Below, one piece after another: positions 63,290 through 64,000 of a stretch of DNA of 64,000 nucleotides; the stretch's first letter is position 1; each line of letters opens with the position of its first letter. The notes below the pieces were generated by a model. That model worked only from the letters and a program-made list of their open reading frames with translations, had not been told where the DNA came from and ran no database searches. Origin of the DNA: Camelus ferus (Eukaryota); the NCBI RefSeq assembly GCF_009834535.1, contig NC_045697.1, positions 30,320,001-30,384,000 on the forward strand, in the 5' to 3' direction. Both the position numbers and the translations under genes were made by a program.

Positions 63290-64000
63290 GAAGAAATCAT
63301 TTATAGTAATACAGAAAAGATAGTGGTAGTTGGGGTGGAGAGACATGGTTAGGTTAAAAAAATATTTGGAAGTTATGGGCATTGAATGCCCAAGTTACTG
63401 GTTTGGACAATTCGATAGATATTGCACCATCACTGAGAGAAGGAAACTGGAAGGAGAGGGCAGGGTGGGAGCAAAGGAAATAATGAGTTCCTTTTTGAGT
63501 GTGAGTTATTTATAGGGCACCCAGGTGGAGTTGGTCAACAGGATTAATTCTTTTTGTCAATAAAGCAGAATTAGCAATTAAAGCTTTCTTCATTGGAGGA
63601 ATTTGTGTGTTATGTATATACTGCTTAGCATAGTAGCACCTGAAACATAATATGTACTTAACAATTATTGTTAATACATTTTGGTCTGAAGCTCAGGAGG
63701 GGGATTTGGATTAGAGACATAGAGTTGAGAGTTATTAGTATATAGATGATAATTTTAAAGCCATAGGAGTAAAGATCACCTTGAGAATGTGTGTATAGTG
63801 TATGAGGAAGAAAAAGCTCTTGGGAAAAAACCTTGAAGAATACTAATGTTTAACAAATGGATGGAGGAAAAAGAACCTGCAGAAGAGTAAAGAGAAAGGT
63901 CAGAAGAAAATCAAGAGTATCATGGAAACCAAGGAAGACAGTGTTTAAAGAAAATAGTGGCAAATGCTTCTATAAGATAAAGGAAAATATTTAAATGTCT
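63290..64000 (-). mobile_element. L2 remnant
   Basis: Motifs gtctgaagctcaggagg..gatttggattagagacatagagttgagagtt, aagccataggagt, gtatcatggaaaccaagg. Confidence 0.65.

Noticed and set aside
1..64000. CRISPR array, operon or other novel multi-gene system
   Set aside because: This is eukaryotic intron-rich DNA with no regularly spaced repeats. All credible coding sequence is explained by TMEM33, SLC30A9 and transposon remnants.

Overview
This is mammalian genomic DNA, most likely from a camelid (alpaca or camel), judged from several tRNA-Ala-derived SINEs of the Vic-1 type and no recognisable Alu or Bov-A/BovB elements. The window holds the 3' end of TMEM33 on + (last two coding exons and a ~5 kb AU-rich 3' UTR). 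A repeat-rich intergenic interval follows, with six solo LTRs packed into ~5 kb. After that come the CpG-island promoter and coding exons 1-8 of SLC30A9 (ZnT9, mitochondrial zinc transporter) on +, which continues past the window. All exon boundaries are GT-AG and phase-consistent. The rest is LINE-1, L2, MIR, DNA-transposon and LTR debris. I found no convincing novel multi-gene system. The most interesting items are apparent lineage-specific indels in the ZnT9 N-terminus next to the human adaptive site 50, a spliced overlapping uORF, candidate alternative TMEM33 C-termini, a sense LTR upstream of SLC30A9 lacking its polyA signal, nested LTRs, and an inverted (twin-primed-like) L1. Comparisons with human proteins and repeat family names are from memory, not from a database search.
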